Of a stretch of DNA of 64,000 nt, positions 42,728 to 52,580 are shown one piece after another. The DNA is from Rhodanobacter sp. (GTDB lineage Bacteria; Pseudomonadota; Gammaproteobacteria; Xanthomonadales; Rhodanobacteraceae). A program made the position numbers and the translations under genes. The notes under the pieces were generated by a model that saw only the letters and a program-made list of their open reading frames with translations, made no database searches and had not been told where the DNA came from. The number at the start of each line of letters is the position of its first letter. Position 1 is the first letter of the stretch. The DNA lies in the NCBI GenBank assembly GCA_030148505.1, contig JASBTI010000038.1:10704-74703 (forward strand). Reading direction: 5' to 3'.

Positions 42728-43486
42728 TCAGCCGGCATCTGCCCGTAGCGCAGCAGGTTCGGCAAGGACTACACGCTCATTCACGCCGGCTACCCGGTAA
42801 CCCCGTGCCGCCAATGCAACACCATCGGCCACACTGCCGTAGTGATACAGCAACAGCCTGGAGCGTACCGCCTGCGGGTACTCACGCTCGATATCATCGG
42901 CACCGGTATGCGAGGGATTGCCGATCAGCCCGCAGTCATGCGCAATCAATTCACCCGCACTGGCGTACCGTGCCAAGACTTCAGGGATCGGCCGGGTATC
43001 GCCGGTATAGGCGAAACTGCCAGCGAGCGCGAGACCGTAGGAAGTACCGGGCATATGGTGGCGGGTCGCGAAGGTGTCGAACCACTGCCCTTCTAGCCAG
43101 AAACCCCGGGTACATGGCAGCAGCCGGAACGCCTCCCAGAAATTCACCCCCCCTTCGGCCAGCACGCCGGGATAGTCAGCGACCCGCTGCTGCAGCCATG
43201 GCATCAAGCCGGCGTGCACGAACAACCGGGTACGGCCACGCAACTCGTCGTTGAACCACAGCTTGAAAAACAGGCGTTCCAACCCGGCCACGTGATCCAT
43301 GTGCGTATGGGTGATAAACAATGCGGTAGGCAAGCTACCGTACGCAGTCAGGTAGCGATCGAGCGTCTCCGGACCGCAATCGATCAGCAGCACAGGCTTG
43401 CCGTCACGCTCCAGTACCACCGCTGATGAGCCGAGCTCCACCGCCTGCGCCGTGCCCACCCCGAGAAAATGCAGATGCCAGTTCAT
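42728..43486 (-). CDS. MBL-fold metallo-hydrolase
   Basis: 252 aa with the HxHxDH motif (THTHMDH). The start overlaps the kdkA stop (ATGA). Confidence 0.85.
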   Translation of the reverse strand: MNWHLHFLGVGTAQAVELGSSAVVLERDGKPVLLIDCGPETLDRYLTAYGSLPTALFITHTHMDHVAGLERLFFKLWFNDELRGRTRLFVHAGLMPWLQQRVADYPGVLAEGGVNFWEAFRLLPCTRGFWLEGQWFDTFATRHHMPGTSYGLALAGSFAYTGDTRPIPEVLARYASAGELIAHDCGLIGNPSHTGADDIEREYPQAVRSRLLLYHYGSVADGVALAARGYRVAGVNERVVLAEPAALRADAG

Positions 43487-44214
43487 GCGTTCAATGTACG
43501 CCGATAGCGCTCAAGCAGGGGCTGCCACAGCGTCTGCTCGAACTCCGCAGCACCCTGGCCGGCGGCACCCAACTTCAACAATGAGCGGCGCAGACGGCGC
43601 AGATTGGCCTGCTGCCATGCCACGTCTGGGGTACGCAGCTGGCCGCGGTCGAAGTCGATCAGATATAGCTCGCCATCGGCAATCAGCACATTGTGCGCAT
43701 TCAGATCGGCATGCCAGACCCCGGCGCGATGAAAGCGCGCCACCAGCGCGCCCACATCGCCAGCCAACGAGCCATCGAAGTGGCCTGCCGCCATGCACTC
43801 CGCCAGCGTGCGTGCGCCGGCAATGCGCCGGGTGATCAGGTCACCGCTGTAGAACAGGCCATGGCGGACATGACGCGCCGCCACCACTACCGGACCGGGG
43901 AGGCCACGACGGGCAATCTCGCCCAGCAGGCGAAACTCGCGGGAGGCCCGCGTACGGTCAGCGCCTGTCCACAGGTAGCGATCACCCATCACCCGAGCCA
44001 CCATGCCGCCACGGCGATAGTGCCGCAGCACCAGATCGCCCAGCGGGCTGGCGATCATCGCCACACCGCCGCGTCCACCCGCTTGCAGTTGCAATGCACC
44101 TTGCTGCTGCCAATACGATGGCGCAAACCAGTCATGATCGACTTGTGCGGCGGTATCGGCGTCGAACAGAATCGTTCCGCTCGCGTCTTGGTACCTTCGT
44201 TCATGCATGATCAA
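43483..44214 (-). CDS. kdkA: 3-deoxy-D-manno-octulosonic acid (Kdo) kinase
   Basis: 243-aa KdkA family protein (RHYRRGG...GVWHADLNAHNVL...LIDFDRG). It is divergent from a GT9 gene. Confidence 0.85.
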   Translation of the reverse strand: MIMHERRYQDASGTILFDADTAAQVDHDWFAPSYWQQQGALQLQAGGRGGVAMIASPLGDLVLRHYRRGGMVARVMGDRYLWTGADRTRASREFRLLGEIARRGLPGPVVVAARHVRHGLFYSGDLITRRIAGARTLAECMAAGHFDGSLAGDVGALVARFHRAGVWHADLNAHNVLIADGELYLIDFDRGQLRTPDVAWQQANLRRLRRSLLKLGAAGQGAAEFEQTLWQPLLERYRRTLNA

Positions 44215-44267
44215 CGCTGCCGACTCCGCTTCACCGCCCGTACAAAACCCGATTCTAGCCCAAGCCC

Positions 44268-45311
44268 ATGACAGCCCCCGCCTCGATCTGCCTGTTGCGA
44301 ACGTCCGCCATCGGCGATGTCACACATGTGGTACCGCTGCTGCGTACCTTGCAAAGTGCGTGGCCGGCCACGGCGCTGACCTGGGTGATCGGCTCGCTCG
44401 AACGCAAACTGCTCGGTGATCTGCCCGGTGTGGAATTCGTCACCTTCGACAAGCGCGCCGGCTGGGCAGGCATGCGTGCCGTACACCTGGCGTTGCGCGG
44501 GCGACGTTTCGACGCCCTGCTGCAGATGCAAGTGGCGATGCGCTCGAACCTGTTGAGCCTCGGGATCAAGGCGGAGCAGCGCATCGGTTACGACAGCGCA
44601 CGCTCAAAGGATTTACATGGATTGGTGATCAATCGGCGCATTCCCGCTCGCCATGGCGAGCATGTACTGGATGCCATCGGCAGTTTCTGCGAGCCACTGG
44701 GCCTGAAACAGACCGAGGTCCGCTGGGATATCCCGATTCCCGACGCCGCGCATGCCTGGGCCGCCGCACAACTGCCCGGCGAGCTACCCACCTTGCTGGT
44801 CAGCCCCACATCCAGCCATGTGCTGCGCAACTGGCGTCCCGAACGCTATGCCGCCGTAATCGACCACGCGGCCGCACGGGGCTGGCAGACCGTCCTCGTC
44901 GGCGGCCCCTCGGCCACCGAGCGCAGCATGGCTGACGCGATCCGAGCCGCATGCCGGCACGCTCCCACCGACCTCACCGGCAAGGACACCTTGAAGCAGC
45001 TGCTGGCCTTGATGCGCCGGGCGGATCTCCTGCTCGGCCCGGATTCCGGCCCGATGCACATGGCCAACGCGGTCGGCACCCGCGTGCTCGGCCTGCACGC
45101 TGCCAGCAATCCGGACCGTTCAGGGCCCTACTCCGATCGACGCTGGTGCGTGAACAAATACGACGAGGCAGCACGCAAATATCTGGGCAGACCCGCCACC
45201 GAGATTCCCTGGGGCAGCAAGATCGAGAGGCCGGGCGTGATGGATCTGATCGGCGTGGACGAGGTGATCGACCGCTTCGACGCCGCCGCGGCCGATATGC
45301 GAATCCTGTAG
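44268..45311 (+). CDS. glycosyltransferase family 9 protein (LPS heptosyltransferase-like)
   Basis: 347 aa with a GT9 N-terminus (ICLLRTSAIGDVTHVVPLLRTL) and C-terminal GPDSGPMHMANAVG. The specific Waa assignment is not resolvable from sequence alone. Confidence 0.85.
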   Translation: MTAPASICLLRTSAIGDVTHVVPLLRTLQSAWPATALTWVIGSLERKLLGDLPGVEFVTFDKRAGWAGMRAVHLALRGRRFDALLQMQVAMRSNLLSLGIKAEQRIGYDSARSKDLHGLVINRRIPARHGEHVLDAIGSFCEPLGLKQTEVRWDIPIPDAAHAWAAAQLPGELPTLLVSPTSSHVLRNWRPERYAAVIDHAAARGWQTVLVGGPSATERSMADAIRAACRHAPTDLTGKDTLKQLLALMRRADLLLGPDSGPMHMANAVGTRVLGLHAASNPDRSGPYSDRRWCVNKYDEAARKYLGRPATEIPWGSKIERPGVMDLIGVDEVIDRFDAAAADMRIL

Positions 45312-45330
45312 GAGCGCACCCTGTGCGCGA
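45308..45330. repeat. REP-like palindromic element (GTAGGAGCG class), possible terminator
   Basis: GTAGGAGCGCACcctGTGCGCGA followed by TGCTTTTCGG. It overlaps the GT9 stop codon and has the same head as the element at 42216. Confidence 0.45.
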
Positions 45331-45383
45331 TGCTTTTCGGTCACATGGCCTAGAGCATCGTGCACGATCGGAGCGCGCCGACA

Positions 45384-45782
45384 TCACACCGCGCGGTAAT
45401 CCTGGTAGGACTTCTCTTCGACCAGCTGCGAGCCGAGCTTGAGGTTGATCTCGCGCTTGAACGCCGCCCGCTCATCGTTGCGGAAGTACACCGAGCGCGC
45501 CAGCTCGATGAATTCCTGGTCGAAGGCCTGGGCCCGCTCTTTCAGGCGGATCTTGTCCTCGATATCCCACAGCAATTCGTTAACCGCCAGCAGGCGCGCG
45601 CGCTCGTCGGCAATGTCGGTCTGCGACGCAGAGTCGTTGGCCCAGGTGGCCTGGAGCAAATCCAGTTCGTTGCGGATATTGGCCAGTTTGGCGGGGTCGG
45701 CAATTCGCCGCGACTTGATTTCGAGGATAGTGATCTTGTCGATCAATTCGCCGTACGACACCGGTGTTTGAACAAGGCTCAT
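45384..45782 (-). CDS. small conserved hypothetical protein (recalled as DUF6165-like)
   Basis: 132 aa starting MSLVQTPVSYGELIDKITILEIKSRRI, with host-like codon usage. The family assignment is from memory and needs an HMM search. Confidence 0.7.
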   Translation of the reverse strand: MSLVQTPVSYGELIDKITILEIKSRRIADPAKLANIRNELDLLQATWANDSASQTDIADERARLLAVNELLWDIEDKIRLKERAQAFDQEFIELARSVYFRNDERAAFKREINLKLGSQLVEEKSYQDYRAV

Positions 45783-45802
45783 GAGTAGGTTTCCGTGGGT
45801 GA

Positions 45803-47749
45803 TCAGGACGGGTCGAGCGTGCTGGACTGGCGAAACGCGCCCTGCTCCACCATCTGGCAGATCGTGCGCACATCGCCATCCATCGCACGATCACGATGCA
45901 TGAAGTCAATCTGCTGGCGCAGCAGCGCATGCGCCTCGCGCACCTTGTCGCCGGCATGGAAATCGCCGGTGGCAGTCAGCGCCGCGGCAAGCTGCTGTAA
46001 TTCATCGACGAACTGCGGGTAATGGGGATGGCCTTCACGCGGCGCGTTGGCCACCTTTGCCGCGAGCGCTTGCCAACCGCCACGGCTGGCCAGTCGACGT
46101 GCCGCGTTCAGCATGGTCTGACGATAGTCCAGCGCCTGCGCCGCGGTGTACAGCTCGAGCGCCAGCACGTGACCGAGATCCTCTATCATCTCCAGCACAT
46201 GGCGCGCCTCGTTGGCCCCCATCGAGACATGGTCTTCGGCATTCGCGCTGGTCGGCAGCGAATACACGCTGGCCGGGTGTGCGCGCGTGGCCAAATCATT
46301 GACCAGCGCCGCAGCGGTGTATTGCACGATCATGAAACCGGAGTCGGTGCCATCCTCGTTGCCGGTGAGAAAACCCGGCAAACCGTCATTCGTGGCCGGA
46401 TCGACCAGCTTGTTCAGGCGTCGCTCGGATATCGATGCCAGCACCGGGATCGCGGCCTTCACATAGCTCATCGCCAATGCCAGCGGCATGCCGTGGAAGT
46501 GCCCGGCGGAAATCACCTGTTCCTCGATGAACGGCGCATCCTGATTGTCCGGAAAGATCAGCGGATTGTCGGTCACCGCGTTCAACTCGATATCGAACAC
46601 CCGACACGCCTGCGCCCAGGCGTCGCGCACCGCACCGTGCACCTGGGGCATGCAGCGCAGGCTGTAGGCATCCTGCGGCTGGTGCTTCTTGCCACCGCGA
46701 AACGGCAGAAAGCGGCGATAGAACGCCTCGCGTCCGTGCCGCTGGTTGGCCGGCACCCAATCCCAACCGATATCGAAGCTGAGCGCCTGATCGTCAGGCT
46801 CATACCAGGCGTCCGCAGACCAGGGCCGGAAACGCGGTACCAGGTGATACGGAATATCCAGCAAGGTCGATCCGGCCAGCAGCCCGCGCACGCGGGCGGC
46901 CGTCTCGACCTGCCCGGGATGGGGGCGCAGAGCGTGAACGTCGGCGCGCAAGGCACCGCTGCGACCGGCAAACGCATCCAGTGTCATGGATGCCGCCAGA
47001 TCGGCGGTATCCAGCAACTGCTCAAGCGCGTCCAGTGCCAGCGCACCGGTCGCCAGCATTTGCGCGGTACCGTTGTTGAGCGCCAGTCCCTCCTTGAAGG
47101 AAAGTCGGACGGGTGTCAGGCCAGCACGCTGCAACGCTTCGGCACCGGGCAAGCGCTCACCTCGGTAGAACGCCTCGCCGGCACCCAGCAAGACGATCGC
47201 CAGGTGCGACAAGGGCGCCAAATCCCCGCTGGCACCGACCGAGCCCTTTTCCGGCACCACCGGTACCACGCCGGCATTGAGCATCGCGGCCAGTGCTTCG
47301 AGCGTGCTCACGCGGATACCCGAATGGCCGCGCATCAGGGTATTGATGCGGATCAGCAACATCGCCCGCACCACCGCCTCGGAAAACGGCTTTCCGACGC
47401 AGACCGCGTGCGTGATGATCAGGTTGTGCTGCAGCTCCTCCAGCAAGCTGCCTTCGGACGGGTGGGGATTGCCTCCGGGCAGCTCGTCGCGCAGTCGATG
47501 TGCGCCCAGCAGCTTGTCGGCATTGCTGCCAAAACCCGTAGTAACACCGTACGTCGGCTCGCCGCAGCTTACCTTCTCGGCCAGAAAATCCGCCGCGCGC
47601 CGCACATGGGCAAGTTGCGCCTGATCCAGCCGCACCGGAGTGCCATGCCGCGCGACCGAAACCAGTTGCTTGCGCGTCAGGCTGCTGCCGTCGAGAAGAA
47701 TGCTTTCGCTCGTCAAGGAATGCTCCAAACAGTTCGCCGCTGGTATCAA
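45803..47749 (-). CDS. HAL/PAL-family aromatic amino acid ammonia-lyase (MIO enzyme), oversized
   Basis: Contains the MIO triad context GSVGASGDLAPLSHLA plus YGVTTGFG, NNGTA, QDAYSLRC.PQVHGA, TDNPLIF and NAEDHVSMG. At 648 aa it is longer than the roughly 510 aa of canonical HAL. There is no ATG near the 5' end; TTG candidates lie at 47749, 47728 and 47716. Confidence 0.85.
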   Translation of the reverse strand: MIPAANCLEHSLTSESILLDGSSLTRKQLVSVARHGTPVRLDQAQLAHVRRAADFLAEKVSCGEPTYGVTTGFGSNADKLLGAHRLRDELPGGNPHPSEGSLLEELQHNLIITHAVCVGKPFSEAVVRAMLLIRINTLMRGHSGIRVSTLEALAAMLNAGVVPVVPEKGSVGASGDLAPLSHLAIVLLGAGEAFYRGERLPGAEALQRAGLTPVRLSFKEGLALNNGTAQMLATGALALDALEQLLDTADLAASMTLDAFAGRSGALRADVHALRPHPGQVETAARVRGLLAGSTLLDIPYHLVPRFRPWSADAWYEPDDQALSFDIGWDWVPANQRHGREAFYRRFLPFRGGKKHQPQDAYSLRCMPQVHGAVRDAWAQACRVFDIELNAVTDNPLIFPDNQDAPFIEEQVISAGHFHGMPLALAMSYVKAAIPVLASISERRLNKLVDPATNDGLPGFLTGNEDGTDSGFMIVQYTAAALVNDLATRAHPASVYSLPTSANAEDHVSMGANEARHVLEMIEDLGHVLALELYTAAQALDYRQTMLNAARRLASRGGWQALAAKVANAPREGHPHYPQFVDELQQLAAALTATGDFHAGDKVREAHALLRQQIDFMHRDRAMDGDVRTICQMVEQGAFRQSSTLDPS

Positions 47750-47799
47750 GACGCGTCTCGCTCACGCCGGACGGACGGTCGAAAATAGTCGCGCATCGC

Positions 47800-49188
47800 T
47801 CAGCCCATGACGGCAGCCTGCTCCAACTCCACACGCAAGGTCTTGATCAAGTCGCTGCGCGACACCTCGAATTGATCTGCACGACGCAGGTCCTTCACCG
47901 TAACCACGCCCTTGGCCAGTTCATCCTCGCCCAGCACCACCACGAACCGGATACCCGCACGATCGGCGTACTTGAACTGCTTGCCCAGCTTGCTGCCTTC
48001 CAGCACTACCTCGGTGGCAATGCCGGCGCCGCGCAACTCGCTCGCCAGCGCCAAATACGCCGGCAGCTGCTGCTCGTCCATCTGCGTCACCAGCACGTCG
48101 ACTGTGCTCTGCGCGCGATTGATCAGGCCGGCATCGCGCAGCTGCCAATAAAGACGGGTCAGGCCGATCGAGATGCCGACACCGGGCAAGCGGGACTTGC
48201 TGTACTGGCTGGCCAGGTTCTCGTAGCGGCCGCCCGAACAGATCGAACCGATCTGCGGGTGGTCGTTGAGGCTGGTCTCGTAAACGGTGCCCGTGTAGTA
48301 ATCGAGGCCGCGAGCGATCGACAGGTTGAGCGCGTAGTGCGTCTGCGGCACACCGAACGCATCGATCAAGGAAAGCACTTCCTTCAACTCGGCGCGCCCC
48401 TGCTCCATCGTCTCCGGACCGGCGCCCAACGCATCGAGCTTGTCGAAAGCATCCGTCAACGAGGTGGAACGCACCTGCACGAAGGCGAGGATCTTCTGCG
48501 CCACCTCGCCACTGAGGCCAAACCGCTCCCCGATCAGCGTGTCACGCACGTAGTCGACGCCGCGCTTGTCCAGCTTGTCGACCTCACGCAACACCAGCAT
48601 CTGCCGCTCGCCATCGACGATGCCCAGACTCTCGAAATAGCCACGCAGCAGCTTGCGGTTGTTCAACTGGATGGTGAACGCCCCAATGTCCAGTTCGCGG
48701 AAAATGCTGTAGATCACCGCCGGAATCTCGGCGTCGTAGCGCACCGACAAGCTGTCCTTGCCGATCACATCGATATCGCACTGGTAAAACTCGCGAAAAC
48801 GCCCCCGCTGCGCACGCTCGCCGCGATAGACCCGCTGCATCTGGTAGCGGCGGAACGGAAAACTGAGGTCGTGCTCATGCTCGGCGACGTAGCGCGCCAG
48901 CGGCACCGTGAGATCGAAGCGCAGCGCCAGCTCAGGCAAACCTTCATCTGCCGTCGCCGCCGCATTCAGCGCGCCGGTGGATTGCACGAAATACACCTGG
49001 CGCTCGGTCTCGCCCCCGGTCTTGGTAAGCAGCACGTCGGAATATTCGATCACCGGCGTTTCGATCGGCAGGAAGCCGAACCGCTCGTAATTGCGGCGGA
49101 TCACGTCGACCATCCGCTGGAAGGCGATTTGATCGAGCGGCAACAGTTCGAGCACGCCGGGCATGGTTCGGGCCGGGGTAAGCGCCAT
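47800..49188 (-). CDS. hisS: histidine--tRNA ligase
   Basis: Class II aaRS motifs are present ([29 protein letters not shown]; GGRYENL...[11 protein letters not shown]) with a C-terminal anticodon-binding domain. The ATG at 49188 is preceded by GAGGA; the tracked start at 49206 is a TTG. Confidence 0.9.
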   Translation of the reverse strand: MALTPARTMPGVLELLPLDQIAFQRMVDVIRRNYERFGFLPIETPVIEYSDVLLTKTGGETERQVYFVQSTGALNAAATADEGLPELALRFDLTVPLARYVAEHEHDLSFPFRRYQMQRVYRGERAQRGRFREFYQCDIDVIGKDSLSVRYDAEIPAVIYSIFRELDIGAFTIQLNNRKLLRGYFESLGIVDGERQMLVLREVDKLDKRGVDYVRDTLIGERFGLSGEVAQKILAFVQVRSTSLTDAFDKLDALGAGPETMEQGRAELKEVLSLIDAFGVPQTHYALNLSIARGLDYYTGTVYETSLNDHPQIGSICSGGRYENLASQYSKSRLPGVGISIGLTRLYWQLRDAGLINRAQSTVDVLVTQMDEQQLPAYLALASELRGAGIATEVVLEGSKLGKQFKYADRAGIRFVVVLGEDELAKGVVTVKDLRRADQFEVSRSDLIKTLRVELEQAAVMG

Positions 49189-49352
49189 GAGATCCTCTAC
49201 TTGCAATGGGGAACATTCCGTCTGATACAGCCCGCGCGACGGCAGCCGTCAAGATTACCAGAAGGCTGCCCCGCATCCGTAGCGATCCGCCGACAGATGG
49301 CGATCAGCTGTTGCCAAGATTCCGTGCGACGATTAACATAGCCGGCTTCCCA

Positions 49353-49429
<77 letters not shown>

Positions 49430-49443
49430 AAATTCGACGAGAA

Positions 49444-49467
49444 ACCGGCCTTGCGCCGGCTTTTTTG
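49444..49467 (+). terminator. Rho-independent terminator after tRNA-Pro
   Basis: CCGGC-cttgc-GCCGG stem-loop followed by CTTTTTTG. Confidence 0.55.
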
Positions 49468-49491
49468 TGCATCAGATCGATGCGCAGCCCA

Positions 49492-50319
49492 TCAACCCTG
49501 GTCGGCCGCGGCCGCGGCCGCCAGCCGGTCGAGTTCCTCTTCGACAAATCCGGCCTCGAGCCGCGCCGGGCGGTTGAACGGCCCGCGCAGGCTGACGCCC
49601 ATGTAGTCGCGCAGCAGGTCGAAGAAGGTGTCGATCGGCTCGAGCCCGTCACGCTCGCAGCAGTAGCGATACCAGCGGGTGCCTGCGGCGACATGGGCCA
49701 CTTCCTCGCGCAGTATCACTTCGAGGATGTCGACGGTGCGGTTGTCGCCGAGATGACGTAGCCGCTCGATCATGCCCGGCGTCACGTCCAGGCCGCGCGC
49801 CTCGAGCACGCGCGGTACCAGAGCCATGCGGGCGGTGTCGTATTCGGCGGTCTTTTCGGCCATCGCCCATAGGCCGTCGTGGGCATCAAAATCACCATAG
49901 CGGTAACCCAGCTCATCCAGCCGGCTCGAAAGCAGGGAAAAGTGACGCGCCTCGTCATGGGCGCAACTGGCCCAGTCACGGTAGTACGCCTCTGGCTTGC
50001 CGCGGAATCGATAAACCGCATCCCACGCCAGGTTGATCGCGTTGAATTCGATATGCGCGATGGCATGCACCAAGGCAGCGCGCCCTTCCTCTGAGCCGAG
50101 GCCACGCTTGGGCACGTGCCGTTGCGGTACCAGCCGCGGGCGTTCGGGACGACCCGGCGCACTTATCGAATCCGGCAGCGGCGCCCCTGGATCGGCCTGC
50201 AACGCACCGGCCTGCAGTGCGTCCCATGTCGCTCGGGTCAGGCGCAGCTTTTCGGCGGGGTCGGTAGCGTCAAGACAGCGTTTGGCGGCGGCATGGAGAT
50301 CGGTCATGCCGACGGGCAC
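49492..50319 (-). CDS. ferritin-like DUF455 family protein
   Basis: 275 aa with di-iron-type helices (HIEFNAINLAWD..., HDEARHF, REEVAHV). The start could instead be the ATG at 50307. Confidence 0.8.
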   Translation of the reverse strand: MPVGMTDLHAAAKRCLDATDPAEKLRLTRATWDALQAGALQADPGAPLPDSISAPGRPERPRLVPQRHVPKRGLGSEEGRAALVHAIAHIEFNAINLAWDAVYRFRGKPEAYYRDWASCAHDEARHFSLLSSRLDELGYRYGDFDAHDGLWAMAEKTAEYDTARMALVPRVLEARGLDVTPGMIERLRHLGDNRTVDILEVILREEVAHVAAGTRWYRYCCERDGLEPIDTFFDLLRDYMGVSLRGPFNRPARLEAGFVEEELDRLAAAAAADQG

Positions 50320-50408
50320 CCGCGCCTTGTACAGGGAGCTCCTTCAATCACCACCCGCCACCTCCCTGGCACATCATGGGTGACCAGCATACGAAGTCGG
50401 CAGCGAAA

Positions 50409-51884
50409 TCAAGCGCTGCGCCGTGCCGCCTTGGCATCGTCCGAGCGCAATAACTCGATCTGCTGCAGATAGCTCTGGTCGAGTCCGGTCACATATTCGC
50501 CGGAGAAACATGAGGTATCGAACGCCGTCAGCGCCTCGTTGCCCTCTTGTACCGCCTTCACCAGATCCTGCAGATCCTGGTAGATCAACCAGTCGGCGCC
50601 GAGCACCTTTTCCACTTCCTGTTCGGTGCGCCCTGCGGCGACCAGCTCGGAGGCCGACGGCATGTCGATGCCATAGACGTTCGGATAACGCACCGGCGGT
50701 GCGGCGGAGGCAAAATAGACATTTTTTGCGCCAGCGTCGCGCGCCATCTGGATGATTTGTCGCGAGGTGGTTCCACGCACGATCGAATCATCCACCAGCA
50801 ACACGTTCTTGTTGCGGAATTCCAGAGTGATCGCGTTGAGCTTGCGGCGCACGGACTTCACCCGATCGCCCTGTCCGGGCATGATGAAGGTGCGGCCCAC
50901 ATAGCGATTCTTGACGAAACCCTCGCGGAACGGCACGCCCAGTGCCTCGGCCAGCGCACTGGCTGCCGTACGCGCCGTATCGGGAATCGGGATGACCGCA
51001 TCGATGCCGTGATCGGGCCGCTCGCGCAGGATCTTTTCGGCCAGCTTCTCGCCCATGCGCAGCCGCGCCTTGTAGACCGAAACATCTTCGATCATCGAAT
51101 CCGGCCGCGCCAGGTAGACGTACTCGAAAATGCATGGCGAGTGCACTACCTCCTCGGCACAGTGACGGGCATGCAATTGCCCGCCATCGCTGATGAAGAT
51201 CGCCTCACCCGGCGCTACGTCGCGGACCCGCTTGAAACCGAGCACATCGAAGGCCACCGACTCCGACGCCACCGCATACTCGTGCCCGTCCGCGGTAATG
51301 CGCTCGCCCAGCACCAGTGGCCGGATGCCATGGGGATCCCGAAATGCCAGCAGACCGTACCCCTGGATCAACGCGACGCAGGCGTAACCGCCGCGCGCCC
51401 GCGCGTGCACCCCGGCGACTGCCTTGAAGATATGATCCGGGGTCAAGGCCATTCGATCCAGGATCTGCAGCTCGTGCGCCAGCACGTTCAGCAGCACCTC
51501 GGAGTCCGAATCGGTATTGATGTGGCGTCGGTCGTCCTCGAACATCTCGCGACGCAGCGCCTCGGTATTGACCAGGTTGCCGTTGTGCGCAAAGGCGATG
51601 CCGTAGGGCGAGTTGACATACAGCGGCTGCGCTTCCTCGGCGCCCTCCGAGCCGGCGGTGGGATAGCGGCAATGTCCCATCCCGATGCGGCCACGCAGGC
51701 GCGCCATCGCGGCCTGGCCGAACACATCGCTGACCAGGCCGTTGCCTTTGTGCAGGCGCAGGCGGGAGCCGTCTACGGTGACGATACCGGCCGCATCCTG
51801 GCCGCGGTGCTGCAGCACCGTGAGTCCGTCATAAAGTGCCGATGCCACCTCGGTGGTACCGACAATGCCGATGATTCCGCACAT
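50409..51884 (-). CDS. purF: amidophosphoribosyltransferase
   Basis: 491 aa with an N-terminal MCGIIGI (Ntn glutamine amidotransferase) and a PRTase motif ([13 protein letters not shown]). Confidence 0.97.
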   Translation of the reverse strand: MCGIIGIVGTTEVASALYDGLTVLQHRGQDAAGIVTVDGSRLRLHKGNGLVSDVFGQAAMARLRGRIGMGHCRYPTAGSEGAEEAQPLYVNSPYGIAFAHNGNLVNTEALRREMFEDDRRHINTDSDSEVLLNVLAHELQILDRMALTPDHIFKAVAGVHARARGGYACVALIQGYGLLAFRDPHGIRPLVLGERITADGHEYAVASESVAFDVLGFKRVRDVAPGEAIFISDGGQLHARHCAEEVVHSPCIFEYVYLARPDSMIEDVSVYKARLRMGEKLAEKILRERPDHGIDAVIPIPDTARTAASALAEALGVPFREGFVKNRYVGRTFIMPGQGDRVKSVRRKLNAITLEFRNKNVLLVDDSIVRGTTSRQIIQMARDAGAKNVYFASAAPPVRYPNVYGIDMPSASELVAAGRTEQEVEKVLGADWLIYQDLQDLVKAVQEGNEALTAFDTSCFSGEYVTGLDQSYLQQIELLRSDDAKAARRSA

Positions 51885-51915
51885 GATTTGCTGCCTGCTT
51901 CAGGAATGTCGTATT

Positions 51916-52536
51916 TCAGAAAGTCGCGTTAGGACCGGCGGCGCCAGCGGATGACGCCGTGGCTGCCGATGCCGGAGCGACCGGCGTCGCGCCGGATATG
52001 GGGGCGGACCTCGTCGTCGGCAAGCGCGGAAGATGGCTCCGTATCGCCGCGGGATGCAGATGGTCACGTACACCGGGTGGCACCTGTTGACCCAGCCACG
52101 CGGCTACATGCTGGAATTGCGGTAGCAAGACCGAGCGCTGCCACCAGGGATCGCGGGTGAACGCGGTAAAGCCGGCCAGAAAGACCAGCACCGTCACCAG
52201 CAGCACACCCCGCACGAAGCCAAACAGCATGCCGAGCAATCGATCAGTGCCGGTCAACCCGGTGCTTTCGACCAGCTTGTCGATCGCAAAGCGCAATAGC
52301 GCACCCAGCACCAGCACCACCACGAAACAAAGCGCGTAGGCAACGATGATCCGCGCTGATGCCAGGCTTATCATCGACTCCAGATGCGGCGCCACCACGG
52401 GACCGAACGCCCAGGCCACCCAGAACGCGGCGATCCAGATCGCCAGGGCCAGTACCTCCGAGATCAGGCCGCGCCATAGCCCGATCATCACGGACAGAGC
52501 CAGCACGCCGATGATGATGTAGTCGGTCCAGTTCAT
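51916..52536 (-). CDS. cvpA: CvpA family membrane protein
   Basis: 206 aa starting MNWTDYIIIGVLALSVMIGLWRGLISEVL, with multiple TM segments. It lies upstream of purF as in E. coli. Confidence 0.9.
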   Translation of the reverse strand: MNWTDYIIIGVLALSVMIGLWRGLISEVLALAIWIAAFWVAWAFGPVVAPHLESMISLASARIIVAYALCFVVVLVLGALLRFAIDKLVESTGLTGTDRLLGMLFGFVRGVLLVTVLVFLAGFTAFTRDPWWQRSVLLPQFQHVAAWLGQQVPPGVRDHLHPAAIRSHLPRLPTTRSAPISGATPVAPASAATASSAGAAGPNATF

Positions 52537-52580
52537 CTGCTCACCTGTCAGCTCGGCGGGGGGCTCGGACCATCCTCAAC

